Part shown: positions 16,746-25,307 of the stretch, one piece after another
Position numbering within the stretch: position 1 is the first letter of the stretch
How the letters are laid out: every line of letters begins with the position of its first letter
Assembly (NCBI GenBank): GCA_030647485.1
Contig: JAUSJT010000004.1
Coordinates: 237,088-301,087 of the forward strand
Direction of reading: 5' to 3'
DNA length: 64,000 nucleotides
Origin: a bacterium
Lineage (GTDB): Bacteria > Patescibacteriota > Minisyncoccia > Minisyncoccales > UBA10102
The notes under the pieces: generated by a model
The model's input: only the letters and a program-made list of their open reading frames with translations
The model's database searches: none
Told to the model about the DNA's origin: nothing
Position numbers and translations under genes: made by a program

Positions 16746-18155
16746 ATGAACAGAATTCTTACAAGCCAAACGCCAGACCACAAGGGAGAAGTGGTCGTTA
16801 TAGCAGGCTGGGTGCACACAAGAAGAGATCACGGGAAGATTACCTTTCTTGACATGAGAGACAGGGAGGGCTTGGTGCAAGTTGTTTGCACCCCGCAGGC
16901 AAAAGACGCATACGAAACTGCGCAGAAAGCACGGACAGAGTGGGTGTTGAGAATTGAAGGAATGGTCCAAGAAAGGCCAGAAGGCACCAAGAACCCAGAT
17001 ATTGCGACCGGAACCATTGAAATTGTTGCTCAAGCAATCACCGTGTATTCCCAGGCAAAAACTCTGCCCTTTGCCATTGATACTGACGGGTACGAAATAG
17101 GGGAAGAGAAACGCCTTCAATACAGATACCTGGACCTTAGAAGACCAAGACTACTTCATAATCTAGTTTCGCGCCATCGCGTCCTCCAGTTCATGCGCGA
17201 CTTTCTTAGCAAAGAGGGCTTTATAGAGATTGAAACTCCAATACTCACCAAATCAACGCCAGAAGGAGCGCGAGACTTTGTGGTTCCCTCACGGCTGTAT
17301 CCCGGAACCTTCTACGCCTTGCCCCAAAGCCCGCAGCAGTACAAGCAGCTCTTGCAGGTTGCGGGAATTGAACGGTATTTCCAAATTGCCAGATGTTTCC
17401 GCGACGAGGACCCACGAGCAGACCGACAGCCAGAATTCACCCAATTGGATATTGAAATGTCTTTTGTAACCCAAGAAGAGATCATGGAAGTTATAGAGCG
17501 GCTGTATACCGATATTGTGAAAACCCTATTCCCTGAAAAGCGCATTCAAAAGAGTCCATTCCCGAGGCACAACTACAAGGATGTGATGGAAAAGTACAAC
17601 TCCGACAAGCCCGACCTGCGAGAGAATAAAGAGGACCCGAACGAACTTGCGTTTGCCTTTGTGGTCAACTTCCCCATGTTTGAGTGGAAAAAACAAGAGA
17701 ACAGATGGGACGCGGTACATCATCCCTTCACGCGTCCCCAGACAGAAAACATTGAAGCAATAAAAAAGGACCCGGGAAGCATACTTGCTTTCCAGTACGA
17801 CTTAGTGCTCAACGGATACGAAATTGCAGGAGGAAGTTTGCGAACCTATCGTCCCGACCTATTGGCCGGAGTGTTTGAACTTATGGGAAACAAGAAAGAA
17901 GATATCCAAACCAAGTTTGGCCATCTCTTGGAGGCCTTTGAATACGGAGTGCCTCCCCACGGGGGAATAGCTTCGGGATTGGAACGGTTTCTTGCGGTGC
18001 TCCTTGGAGAACCCAACATCCGCGAAGTGATGGCATTCCCCAAGACCGGAGACTCAAGAGACCTCATGATGCATGCACCAAGTGAGCTAGACCCTGTCCA
18101 ATTGAAAGAGCTGGGGATTGAAACAAAAAAGAAACTCGCTCAGAAAAAGAAATGA
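16746..18155 (+). CDS. aspS: Aspartyl-tRNA synthetase, bacterial-type sequence but lacking the GAD insertion domain
   Basis: FYALPQSPQQYKQLL and RCFRDEDPRADRQPEFTQLDIEMSF. KYNSDKPDLRENKEDPNELAFAFVVNFPMFEW joins directly where the E. coli enzyme carries about 130 aa. 469 aa. Confidence 0.9.
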   Translation: MNRILTSQTPDHKGEVVVIAGWVHTRRDHGKITFLDMRDREGLVQVVCTPQAKDAYETAQKARTEWVLRIEGMVQERPEGTKNPDIATGTIEIVAQAITVYSQAKTLPFAIDTDGYEIGEEKRLQYRYLDLRRPRLLHNLVSRHRVLQFMRDFLSKEGFIEIETPILTKSTPEGARDFVVPSRLYPGTFYALPQSPQQYKQLLQVAGIERYFQIARCFRDEDPRADRQPEFTQLDIEMSFVTQEEIMEVIERLYTDIVKTLFPEKRIQKSPFPRHNYKDVMEKYNSDKPDLRENKEDPNELAFAFVVNFPMFEWKKQENRWDAVHHPFTRPQTENIEAIKKDPGSILAFQYDLVLNGYEIAGGSLRTYRPDLLAGVFELMGNKKEDIQTKFGHLLEAFEYGVPPHGGIASGLERFLAVLLGEPNIREVMAFPKTGDSRDLMMHAPSELDPVQLKELGIETKKKLAQKKK

Positions 18156-19129
18156 CCCCAAATATCATGTTCTTCCTCTCGGCGTTTCTTTTGAGCCTTC
18201 CTGTTTGGCTTGGATTTAATACGTCCTCGGGCGCTCTTTCTGAAGCTTTCTTCTGGAAGGAAATGACAGAAAACCCTGCCATACTGCAGGCCCAGCTTAT
18301 TCAGGCAAGGCTCCAAAAACAAGTTCTAGAAGAACGGCCTATTTTAAAATCAGGTACTCTTTTCCCTGAAATCCAGGCAAAATCTGCGTTCTCGCTTTTT
18401 CTTGATACAGAAGAAAATACAAAAGTTCTCTTTGAGAAAGGCAGTGAACAGCGGCTTCCCATAGCATCCCTTACAAAGCTCATGACAGCGCTGGTTGCTG
18501 TGAAGCACTACGATCCTATGCAGCACATAGTTATAAGCAGCAGGGCTATCGCAGAAGAAGAGAGTCTAGGCCAGCTCAGAGTAGGGGACGTGTTTCCGGT
18601 ACAAGACCTTCTGTACCCATTGCTTATGGAATCATCAAACGACGCGGCAGCAGCATTGACTGAAGTAGTGGGAAAAGAGGTATTTATGGAGTTAATGAAC
18701 TTGGAGACACGAGAACTCGGGTTGTCCAACACTTATTTTTTTAATCCCACAGGATTGGACCCAGATATTCCACAAGGCCCCGTGAACTATTCTACAAGCA
18801 GAGATATGGCAATGCTCGCTTCGTATATTGTGCAAACATATCCTCAAATTTTTGATATTCTTGCTATTTCCCAGCGCGATCTCCTTGAAAAAGGAACATT
18901 CCACCATACGATGAAAAATACAAACGAACTTTTGAGCTTTGAAGAGTGGCCTACTCCTATAGTGGGAGGCAAGACGGGATGGACACCATTAGCACAAGGA
19001 ACCCTCATTTTTGTCTTGCAAAGCCCGAAAGACCAGGGATACCTTGTGAATGTTGTACTTGGGGCAGAAGACCGGTTTTCGCAAATGAAGACGCTGGTGA
19101 ACTGGACCTATGATTCATTTTTGTGGTAA
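18152..19129 (+). CDS. D-alanyl-D-alanine carboxypeptidase (S11 serine peptidase)
   Basis: SLTK (SxxK), SSN (SxN) and KTG (GGKTGWT) motifs, with an N-terminal TM helix. Confidence 0.8.
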   Translation: MTPNIMFFLSAFLLSLPVWLGFNTSSGALSEAFFWKEMTENPAILQAQLIQARLQKQVLEERPILKSGTLFPEIQAKSAFSLFLDTEENTKVLFEKGSEQRLPIASLTKLMTALVAVKHYDPMQHIVISSRAIAEEESLGQLRVGDVFPVQDLLYPLLMESSNDAAAALTEVVGKEVFMELMNLETRELGLSNTYFFNPTGLDPDIPQGPVNYSTSRDMAMLASYIVQTYPQIFDILAISQRDLLEKGTFHHTMKNTNELLSFEEWPTPIVGGKTGWTPLAQGTLIFVLQSPKDQGYLVNVVLGAEDRFSQMKTLVNWTYDSFLW

Positions 19130-19131
19130 CC

Positions 19132-20235
19132 ATGGGCATTGATCTTTCGTTTAGCGTTATTAAAATAGCTGCCATTGGGGCTGCATCTTTTTTGTTTGCG
19201 TTCTTACTCACTCCTTTTCTTCTTAGGGTTTTGTATGCCAACAAGCTTTGGAGAAAAGAGGTGCGCACAGAAGCTTTGGGAGGGGGAACGGTTCCTGTAT
19301 TCCAGAAGTTTCATGGAGAGGGGGAGATAAAAACTCCACGCTTTGGAGGCGTCCTCATATGGCTCACCGTTCCCGTCCTTGCCGTTCTCTTTTCTCTTGC
19401 CGCGCTTGCGTATGTTCCCTGGTTCGAAAAACTCAATTTTCTGAACAGATCTCAGACATGGCTTCCTCTGGCCACTCTTTTTGCGGCCTCGGCAATAGGA
19501 TTTCTTGATGACATCCTGCAGGTTATTGCAACGCCGACAAACGCGTTCTTCCGGATACTATGGGTAAGAGTAGGAAAGTATATCGGGGGAGGACTTTCTT
19601 TAAAATACCGGTTTGGCGCGGTTACCTTAATAGGGCTCGTGGGCGCATGGTGGTTTTTTTACAAGCTGGGGTGGGATACGGTGTTTGTCCCGGGGCTAGG
19701 AGATGTCTTTCTCGGCTGGTTTATGATTCCTTTCTTTATCCTTGTCATGCTCGCCACGTACAGCGGGGGAGTCATAGACGGCATTGACGGGTTATCCGGA
19801 GGAGCTTTCGCCTCCATATTCACCGCCTATGGCTTGCTTGCCTTCACACAGGGGCAAGTTGATTTAACCGCATTCTGCTTTGCTATTGTGGGTGCAATAC
19901 TCGCTTTCTTATGGTTTAATATTCCTCCTGCAAAGTTCTACATGGGAGAGACGGGGACTATGGGATTAACGGCAACCCTAACTGTAGTTGCCTTTTTGAC
20001 CGATTCTGTTGTAGTATTGCCCATTATTGGCATTCTTTTGGTTGCAGAGTCAGGATCCGTCATCATACAGCTTGCTTCCAAGAAACTGCGCCATGGCAAG
20101 AAAGTTTTCTTAGCGGCTCCCTTTCATCATCACCTGGAAGCCATAGGATGGGAAAAACCGCAAATAACCATGCGCTTCTGGATTATTGGCATTGTCGCAG
20201 CTTTTGTGGGAGTTGCCGTTAGATTACTCGGGTAA
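19132..20235 (+). CDS. mraY: Phospho-N-acetylmuramoyl-pentapeptide transferase
   Basis: Polytopic protein with ...IGFLDD..., ...GVIDGIDGLSGG... and ...APFHHHLE... motifs. ATG 19132 preferred over GTG 19123. Confidence 0.9.
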   Translation: MGIDLSFSVIKIAAIGAASFLFAFLLTPFLLRVLYANKLWRKEVRTEALGGGTVPVFQKFHGEGEIKTPRFGGVLIWLTVPVLAVLFSLAALAYVPWFEKLNFLNRSQTWLPLATLFAASAIGFLDDILQVIATPTNAFFRILWVRVGKYIGGGLSLKYRFGAVTLIGLVGAWWFFYKLGWDTVFVPGLGDVFLGWFMIPFFILVMLATYSGGVIDGIDGLSGGAFASIFTAYGLLAFTQGQVDLTAFCFAIVGAILAFLWFNIPPAKFYMGETGTMGLTATLTVVAFLTDSVVVLPIIGILLVAESGSVIIQLASKKLRHGKKVFLAAPFHHHLEAIGWEKPQITMRFWIIGIVAAFVGVAVRLLG

Positions 20236-20252
20236 CTTAATGGAATTAAGTT
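20234..20252. repeat. 19-nt palindrome AACTTAATGGAATTAAGTT (copy 2 of 3)
   Basis: Identical to 9173-9191 and 59395-59413. It overlaps the mraY stop codon. With the flank TTCTA it is 23/23 identical to 59395-59417. Confidence 0.85.
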
Positions 20253-20255
20253 TCT

Positions 20256-21590
20256 ATGACAGTACAAACACTACGAAAAACATATCCTGCGTTTTTCTAT
20301 CGGGGATATAAGTATAAAAAAAGAGGAAAGGATCTCCTCATCTCTTTTTCTTTTGAGGTTCCTCCTGGCATCCAATTTCACCCCAAGGTTCTCATTAAAA
20401 ATCTCCCGCAAAAAGCATTAGAGGAGATAGGGAAGCAAGCGCTCAATAACCTTGTCTTTCATTTGGGACTCATGGAAATCCCAAGCTATTGGAAGGCAAC
20501 GTGTTCGCCCAACATTGTCATAGAAGCAGGATATTTGAATAAAAGGCAGATCAACTGGTGGCACGACCTAATCCTCAAAGGCATGGGGGAGTACTTCTAC
20601 AAAAACAAGATTGATTTTACCAAACCCAACTTCCTCAAAATTATCTCAATGGGAATCCCGCCTAAGCGAGACTTAGGCATACCTAAGTCTCGCTTAGGAA
20701 ACAGCTTGGGAAACAAGGTATTGGTGCCGGTAGGGGGAGGAAAAGATGCGGTGGTCACCCTAGAATTACTCAGGAAGGGGAAACAGCGTATCATTCCGTT
20801 TTTGCTGAATCCTAAAAGAGAGCAAGAAGAAATCCTCAAAATCGCAGGATTGAAGAACCCTGTGATTGTGACAAGGACCATAGATCCCAAGCTTTTAGAG
20901 TTAAACCGTAAAGGATATTTGAATGGACACACTCCCTTCTCTGCGTACCTTGCGTTCTTGTCTGTACTTAGCGCAGCTCTCTTTGGCACAAAGTACATTG
21001 CGCTCTCCAACGAAAGAAGCTCTAACGAAGGAAACGTACGGTATCTGGGAAAAACAATTAATCACCAGTATTCCAAGAGCTTTGATTTTGAAAAGAAGTT
21101 CCGTTCCTATGTAAAAACATATCTTGTAAAAAGTATAGAGTACTTCAGTTTTCTGCGGCCCCTCTACGAACTTCAAATTGCAAGGATATTCGCAAAGTAT
21201 CCAAAGTATTTCCCTGCATTCTTGAGCTGCAACGAAGCCCACAAAACAACATCGGGCACAAAGAAACCAACGGGAAAATGGTGCGGAAAATGCGCCAAAT
21301 GCCTGTTTGTATGGCTTGCGCTGTATCCGTTTATTTCAGCAAAACAATTAATCAGCATATTCAAGAAAAACTTGCTTCAAGACAAAGCTCTTGTCCCTCT
21401 TTTGGAAGAATTGACCGGAAAGAGAAAATTCAAACCCTTTGAATGCGTGGGCACAATAAGAGAAAGCAGAACCGCGCTTTCTCTGTGCCGCCAAAAACAA
21501 AAAGGGAAACTGCCTCGCGCTGCCATGTTATCTTCGTGGAATCGCAAACATTTTCTCCCCCTAAAGTTCGTTCAATTGTTGAAACATTGA
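20256..21590 (+). CDS. PP-loop-like ATP-utilising protein of unknown function inside the mur cluster (possible MurL-type epimerase; hypothesis)
   Basis: 444 aa. VLVPVGGGKDAVV resembles the SGGxDS PP-loop. A CGKCAKC motif lies near the C-terminus. It sits between mraY and murD. Confidence 0.45.
   Translation: MTVQTLRKTYPAFFYRGYKYKKRGKDLLISFSFEVPPGIQFHPKVLIKNLPQKALEEIGKQALNNLVFHLGLMEIPSYWKATCSPNIVIEAGYLNKRQINWWHDLILKGMGEYFYKNKIDFTKPNFLKIISMGIPPKRDLGIPKSRLGNSLGNKVLVPVGGGKDAVVTLELLRKGKQRIIPFLLNPKREQEEILKIAGLKNPVIVTRTIDPKLLELNRKGYLNGHTPFSAYLAFLSVLSAALFGTKYIALSNERSSNEGNVRYLGKTINHQYSKSFDFEKKFRSYVKTYLVKSIEYFSFLRPLYELQIARIFAKYPKYFPAFLSCNEAHKTTSGTKKPTGKWCGKCAKCLFVWLALYPFISAKQLISIFKKNLLQDKALVPLLEELTGKRKFKPFECVGTIRESRTALSLCRQKQKGKLPRAAMLSSWNRKHFLPLKFVQLLKH
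20661..20698. repeat. 38-nt perfect palindrome inside the CDS (CCTAAGCGAGACTTAGG-CATA-CCTAAGTCTCGCTTAGG)
   Basis: 17-bp arms. It encodes ...PKRDLGIPKSRLG.... The same CTAAG-N5-CTTAG hairpin occurs in intergenic DNA at 31775-31789 and 39686-39700. Confidence 0.85.
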
Positions 21591-21627
21591 CAATTTTGCA
21601 AACTTTACTAGAATCTATTTAGAACGT

Positions 21628-21702
21628 AGGGGTGTAGTTTAATGGACAGAACGCTTCGCTTATAGCGAAGAGACGGAGGTTCGAATCCTTCCACGCCTAC
21701 CA
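21628..21702 (+). tRNA. tRNA-Ile (anticodon UAU), CCA encoded
   Basis: Hand-folded cloverleaf. Acceptor AGGGGTG/CACGCCT has one G-G mismatch. D stem is GTTT/GAAC with a GG loop. Anticodon stem is CTTCG/CGAAG with loop CTTATAG. T arm is GGAGG-TTCGAAT-CCTTC. Confidence 0.8.
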
Positions 21703-21714
21703 TCCCAAAGAAAC

Positions 21715-21750
21715 AGACCTAGCCCCAGAGCTAGGTCTTTGCATTTTCTT
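21715..21750 (+). terminator. Rho-independent terminator after the tRNA
   Basis: AGACCTAGC-cccaga-GCTAGGTCT followed by ttgcattttctt. Confidence 0.6.
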
Positions 21751-21801
21751 CATTGGGAAACGGCTTTTTTATGCAAAATTTTTGTGGTACATTACATTAT
21801 T

Positions 21802-23088
21802 ATGCATCTTAATGAATTGGGGAGCAAAAAAATACTCATTTTGGGATTTGCAAGGGAGGGACAAGACACTCTTTTGTTTTTGCGCAGAAAGTTTCCAAAG
21901 AAAATCATCGGAATTGCAGACCAAGAAGAACTATCGTTTAATTTCGGCTCGAGCAGAAATAAAGTGAAAGTTCATACAGGAAAAAACTATCTCAAAACAC
22001 TCAAACGCTACGACATTATTATAAAATCTCCTGGAATCTCACCAAGAGTAATAGCTCCATTTATCACAAAAAAACAAGTTATTATCTCTCAAACTGAAAT
22101 CTTTTTTGAAGAATGCCAGGGCACTATAATTGGAGTTACGGGGACGAAAGGGAAAAGCACAACTTCATCGCTTATCTACCAAGTTTTAAAGAGTAGGGGA
22201 TTAAAGGTTCATTTGGTTGGAAACATTGGCGAGCCAGTACTTCAGTTTTTAGAAAAAACCGGACCCAATGATATTTTCGTGTATGAGCTTTCGAGCTTCC
22301 AGCTCACCAATCTTAAGAAAAGTCCGCATATTGCAGTATTTTTGAATGTGTATCCAGAGCATCTCGACTACTACGGCGGGAAATTCGAAGATTACACAAA
22401 CGCAAAAGCAAACATCACAAAATACCAGACGCAAACAGACTTTCTTATATACAACGCAAAAGACTCTCTTGTTGCAAAAATCGCAAAGGGATCAAAAGCA
22501 CAAAAGATTCCGTTCACTCCAAAAAAAGACAAAAACCCATGGATAACATCTTCAGAACCTGCAATACTCATTGGAAAGCTTTTTGGCATTCCGCAAAAAA
22601 AGATCCAGCAAGCTATACGCAACTTCAAGCCGCTTCCTCATCGATTAGAAAGAGTGGGGGAATGGAAGGGAATCACTTTTTACAATGATTCTCTTGCAAC
22701 TATACCCGAAGCAACCTGCGCTGCGCTGGATCTTCTTGGGCCTAAAGTCCACACCCTTATTGCAGGAGGGTTCGACAGGGGACTTACATTTAGAAAACTC
22801 GGCAAGAAAATACAAAAGAGCAGCATCAAAACACTGATTCTTTTCCCTACAACGGGAGAAAAGATTGCCTCGTCAATACGAAAATCTGCCTCGAGCGCAG
22901 ACGGGCCTCCGCAGTGCTTCTTTGCAAAAACCATGGAAGAAGCAATACGGTTGAGTTACAGCCATACCCCAAAAGGAAAGATATGCCTGCTTTCTCCTGC
23001 CGCCTCCAGCTTTAACATGTTCAAAGATTACAAAGATAGGGGAGAACAATTTACAAAACTAGCAAAAAGATATGGAGAAAAAACATAG
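21802..23088 (+). CDS. murD: UDP-N-acetylmuramoylalanine--glutamate ligase (MurD family)
   Basis: KILILGFAREG, GVTGTKGKSTTSSL and 428 aa from ATG 21802. The track start at 21739 would lie inside the tRNA terminator. Confidence 0.85.
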   Translation: MHLNELGSKKILILGFAREGQDTLLFLRRKFPKKIIGIADQEELSFNFGSSRNKVKVHTGKNYLKTLKRYDIIIKSPGISPRVIAPFITKKQVIISQTEIFFEECQGTIIGVTGTKGKSTTSSLIYQVLKSRGLKVHLVGNIGEPVLQFLEKTGPNDIFVYELSSFQLTNLKKSPHIAVFLNVYPEHLDYYGGKFEDYTNAKANITKYQTQTDFLIYNAKDSLVAKIAKGSKAQKIPFTPKKDKNPWITSSEPAILIGKLFGIPQKKIQQAIRNFKPLPHRLERVGEWKGITFYNDSLATIPEATCAALDLLGPKVHTLIAGGFDRGLTFRKLGKKIQKSSIKTLILFPTTGEKIASSIRKSASSADGPPQCFFAKTMEEAIRLSYSHTPKGKICLLSPAASSFNMFKDYKDRGEQFTKLAKRYGEKT

Positions 23089-24169
23089 GCCAGATCCTAT
23101 TCTTTTTGGCATTTGCATCCTTCTTGTTGCCGTGGGAATTCTTGTTTTAGCCAGCGTGTCTGCTTCTTTTTCCTTGCAACGATTTGGCACCACATTCTAC
23201 TTCTTTATACATCAGATAACGCATGGGTTGCTCCCCGGACTTCTCTTGGGATCCATAGCATTCTTCACTCCATTGACACTCGTAAAACGGTTCAGCCTGC
23301 CTCTTCTTTTAGGTGCCATCGTCCTTGTGGGATTAGTGTTTATTCCGGGCATTGGAGTAAAATCAGGGGAAGCTTTGCGGTGGATATCCTTTTTTGGTTT
23401 TTCGTTCCAACCTTCCGAACTCTTAAAGCCCGCTTTCATAGTGTATCTTGCGGCATGGCTTGCAAACCGCGTTTCCCAGAAGAATAAGAATGCAATCCTT
23501 ATCCCTTTCTTTGCTATATTGGTAGCCATAAGCCTGTTTCTGGTTGCGCAGCCCGCAATAAGCACGCTGGGCATCATCGGAATCATTGGCCTTGCCATGT
23601 ATTTCTTTGCAGGCACGCCTGTGTGGCATACGGCTCTGCTGCTCTTGGGCGGACTTTTCATACTTATGAAGTTAGCCGCGTATAGCAAACTATCATATGT
23701 ATTAAACAGGGTAGCTGTGTTTCTTGACCCTTCATTAGACCCGCTTGGAAAAGGATATCAAATACAGCAAGCGCTCATTGGAATTGGGTCTGGGGGTATT
23801 ACGGGGGTAGGTTTAGGATTGAGCTTTCAGAAATTCGGATCTCTGCCTGAACCCATTGGGGACTCCATCTTTGCCATTTTTGCAGAAGAAATGGGCTTGA
23901 TAGGCGCAGTATTCCTTATTCTTCTCTTTCTCGCCTTTGCATGGAGAAGTTTTATCGTGGCTCAGCGGGTGCAGGATCCCTTTGCCAAGAACGCTGTTAT
24001 TGGAGTCGCCTGCTGGATTACGGTACAGGCATTCGTCAATATGGGAGCCATGATAGGCATTATTCCCTTAACAGGGGTACCCCTACCGTTTATATCCTAC
24101 GGAGGGTCAGCCCTCATAGCAGAGTTGATTGGAATTGGAATATTGCTTAACATATCTAAACAGGCATGA
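23072..24169 (+). CDS. ftsW: SEDS-family peptidoglycan glycosyltransferase FtsW/RodA
   Basis: 365-aa polytopic protein. ...GSLPEPIGDSIFAIFAEEMGLIG... and ...PLPFISYGGSA... are SEDS signatures. It lies in the mur cluster. Confidence 0.85.
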   Translation: MEKKHRPDPILFGICILLVAVGILVLASVSASFSLQRFGTTFYFFIHQITHGLLPGLLLGSIAFFTPLTLVKRFSLPLLLGAIVLVGLVFIPGIGVKSGEALRWISFFGFSFQPSELLKPAFIVYLAAWLANRVSQKNKNAILIPFFAILVAISLFLVAQPAISTLGIIGIIGLAMYFFAGTPVWHTALLLLGGLFILMKLAAYSKLSYVLNRVAVFLDPSLDPLGKGYQIQQALIGIGSGGITGVGLGLSFQKFGSLPEPIGDSIFAIFAEEMGLIGAVFLILLFLAFAWRSFIVAQRVQDPFAKNAVIGVACWITVQAFVNMGAMIGIIPLTGVPLPFISYGGSALIAELIGIGILLNISKQA

Positions 24170-25302
24170 AAATATTATTCACCGGAGGCGGAACAGGCGG
24201 GCACATCCTTCCCATCATCGCAGTAGCAAGAGAATTGAGAAAACAACAGGACAGCCCCGAACTTGCCGGAGGGCTGGAGTTTTTCTACATGGGCCCAAAG
24301 GATGACTTTGCGGAGATTTTGCTTTCACAAGAAGGAATCAAGGTATACCATGCGTTAGCTGGCAAGATAAGAAGATATGGGGGCTTCAAAACGCTTTTCC
24401 CAAACCTCCTAGATACGTTCGTCAAAACTCCCTTGGGAATTTTTCAGGCCTTGTTGCGCATGTTCCTTCTTTCTCCAGATCTTATCTTGAGCAAGGGGGG
24501 ATACGGAGCTTTGCCCGCAACCATTGCGGGGTGGATGCTCCAAATCCCCATTGTTCTCCATGAATCAGACACTGTTCCAGGATTATCCAATAGGGTGGGA
24601 GGATTCTTTGCCTCTCAAATCTTTGTATCATTCCCGCGCACCTCGTTCTTTCCCGCAAAGAAAATGGCAGTTGTGGGAAACCCCATACGAAAGGGGGTTC
24701 TGGTAGGATCCAAAGAAGAAGCGCAACGGCTCTTGGAACTAAAGGGCGGCAAGCCCGTCATCCTATTTATGGGGGGATCACAAGGTGCCCAGCGTATCAA
24801 CGACATGCTCTTGGCAATCTTGCAAGAAGCCTTAAAAGACTTTGAGATCATACACCAGGCAGGAGAAAAGAATTTTGTCCAGGTACGAGAAGAAGCCAAG
24901 ACCGTGGTAGACAAAGAACTCCTCCCGTATTATCACGCAGTTTCTTTCCTCAAGGAACAAGAGTTGCGGCACGTGTATGCTGCAACTGATTTTATCGTGA
25001 GCAGGGCAGGGTCTGGCTCCATATTTGAAATAGCAGCCCTGGGCAAACCATCCATTCTTATTCCTCTTCCTGAAGCTGCACAAAACCATCAAATTCAGAA
25101 TGCGTATGAGTATGCAAACACGGGAGCCGCCATAGTGCTTGAAGAGTCAAACCTGGCTCCGCATTTTTTCTTGGAGAAATTACGCTATCTGGTTTCAAAT
25201 TCTCAAGAATTGGCAAAAATGTCTGCGGCTGCCCTCCAATTTGCAAAGCCTGAAGCCGCAACAACCATTGCCAGATATCTCATTGAATCTAGCGTAAAGT
25301 AA
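24166..25302 (+). CDS. murG: Undecaprenyldiphospho-muramoylpentapeptide beta-N-acetylglucosaminyltransferase
   Basis: ILFTGGGTGGHILP and ...GGSQGA...; 378 aa; overlaps the ftsW stop. Confidence 0.9.
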   Translation: MKILFTGGGTGGHILPIIAVARELRKQQDSPELAGGLEFFYMGPKDDFAEILLSQEGIKVYHALAGKIRRYGGFKTLFPNLLDTFVKTPLGIFQALLRMFLLSPDLILSKGGYGALPATIAGWMLQIPIVLHESDTVPGLSNRVGGFFASQIFVSFPRTSFFPAKKMAVVGNPIRKGVLVGSKEEAQRLLELKGGKPVILFMGGSQGAQRINDMLLAILQEALKDFEIIHQAGEKNFVQVREEAKTVVDKELLPYYHAVSFLKEQELRHVYAATDFIVSRAGSGSIFEIAALGKPSILIPLPEAAQNHQIQNAYEYANTGAAIVLEESNLAPHFFLEKLRYLVSNSQELAKMSAAALQFAKPEAATTIARYLIESSVK

Positions 25303-25307
25303 CAACT

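Noticed and set aside
16101-17120. 339-aa minus-strand ORF
   Set aside because: It is antisense to the well-supported histidine kinase 3' end and the aspS 5' end. It has no motifs and a low-complexity Ser/Phe-rich translation, typical of a shadow ORF.
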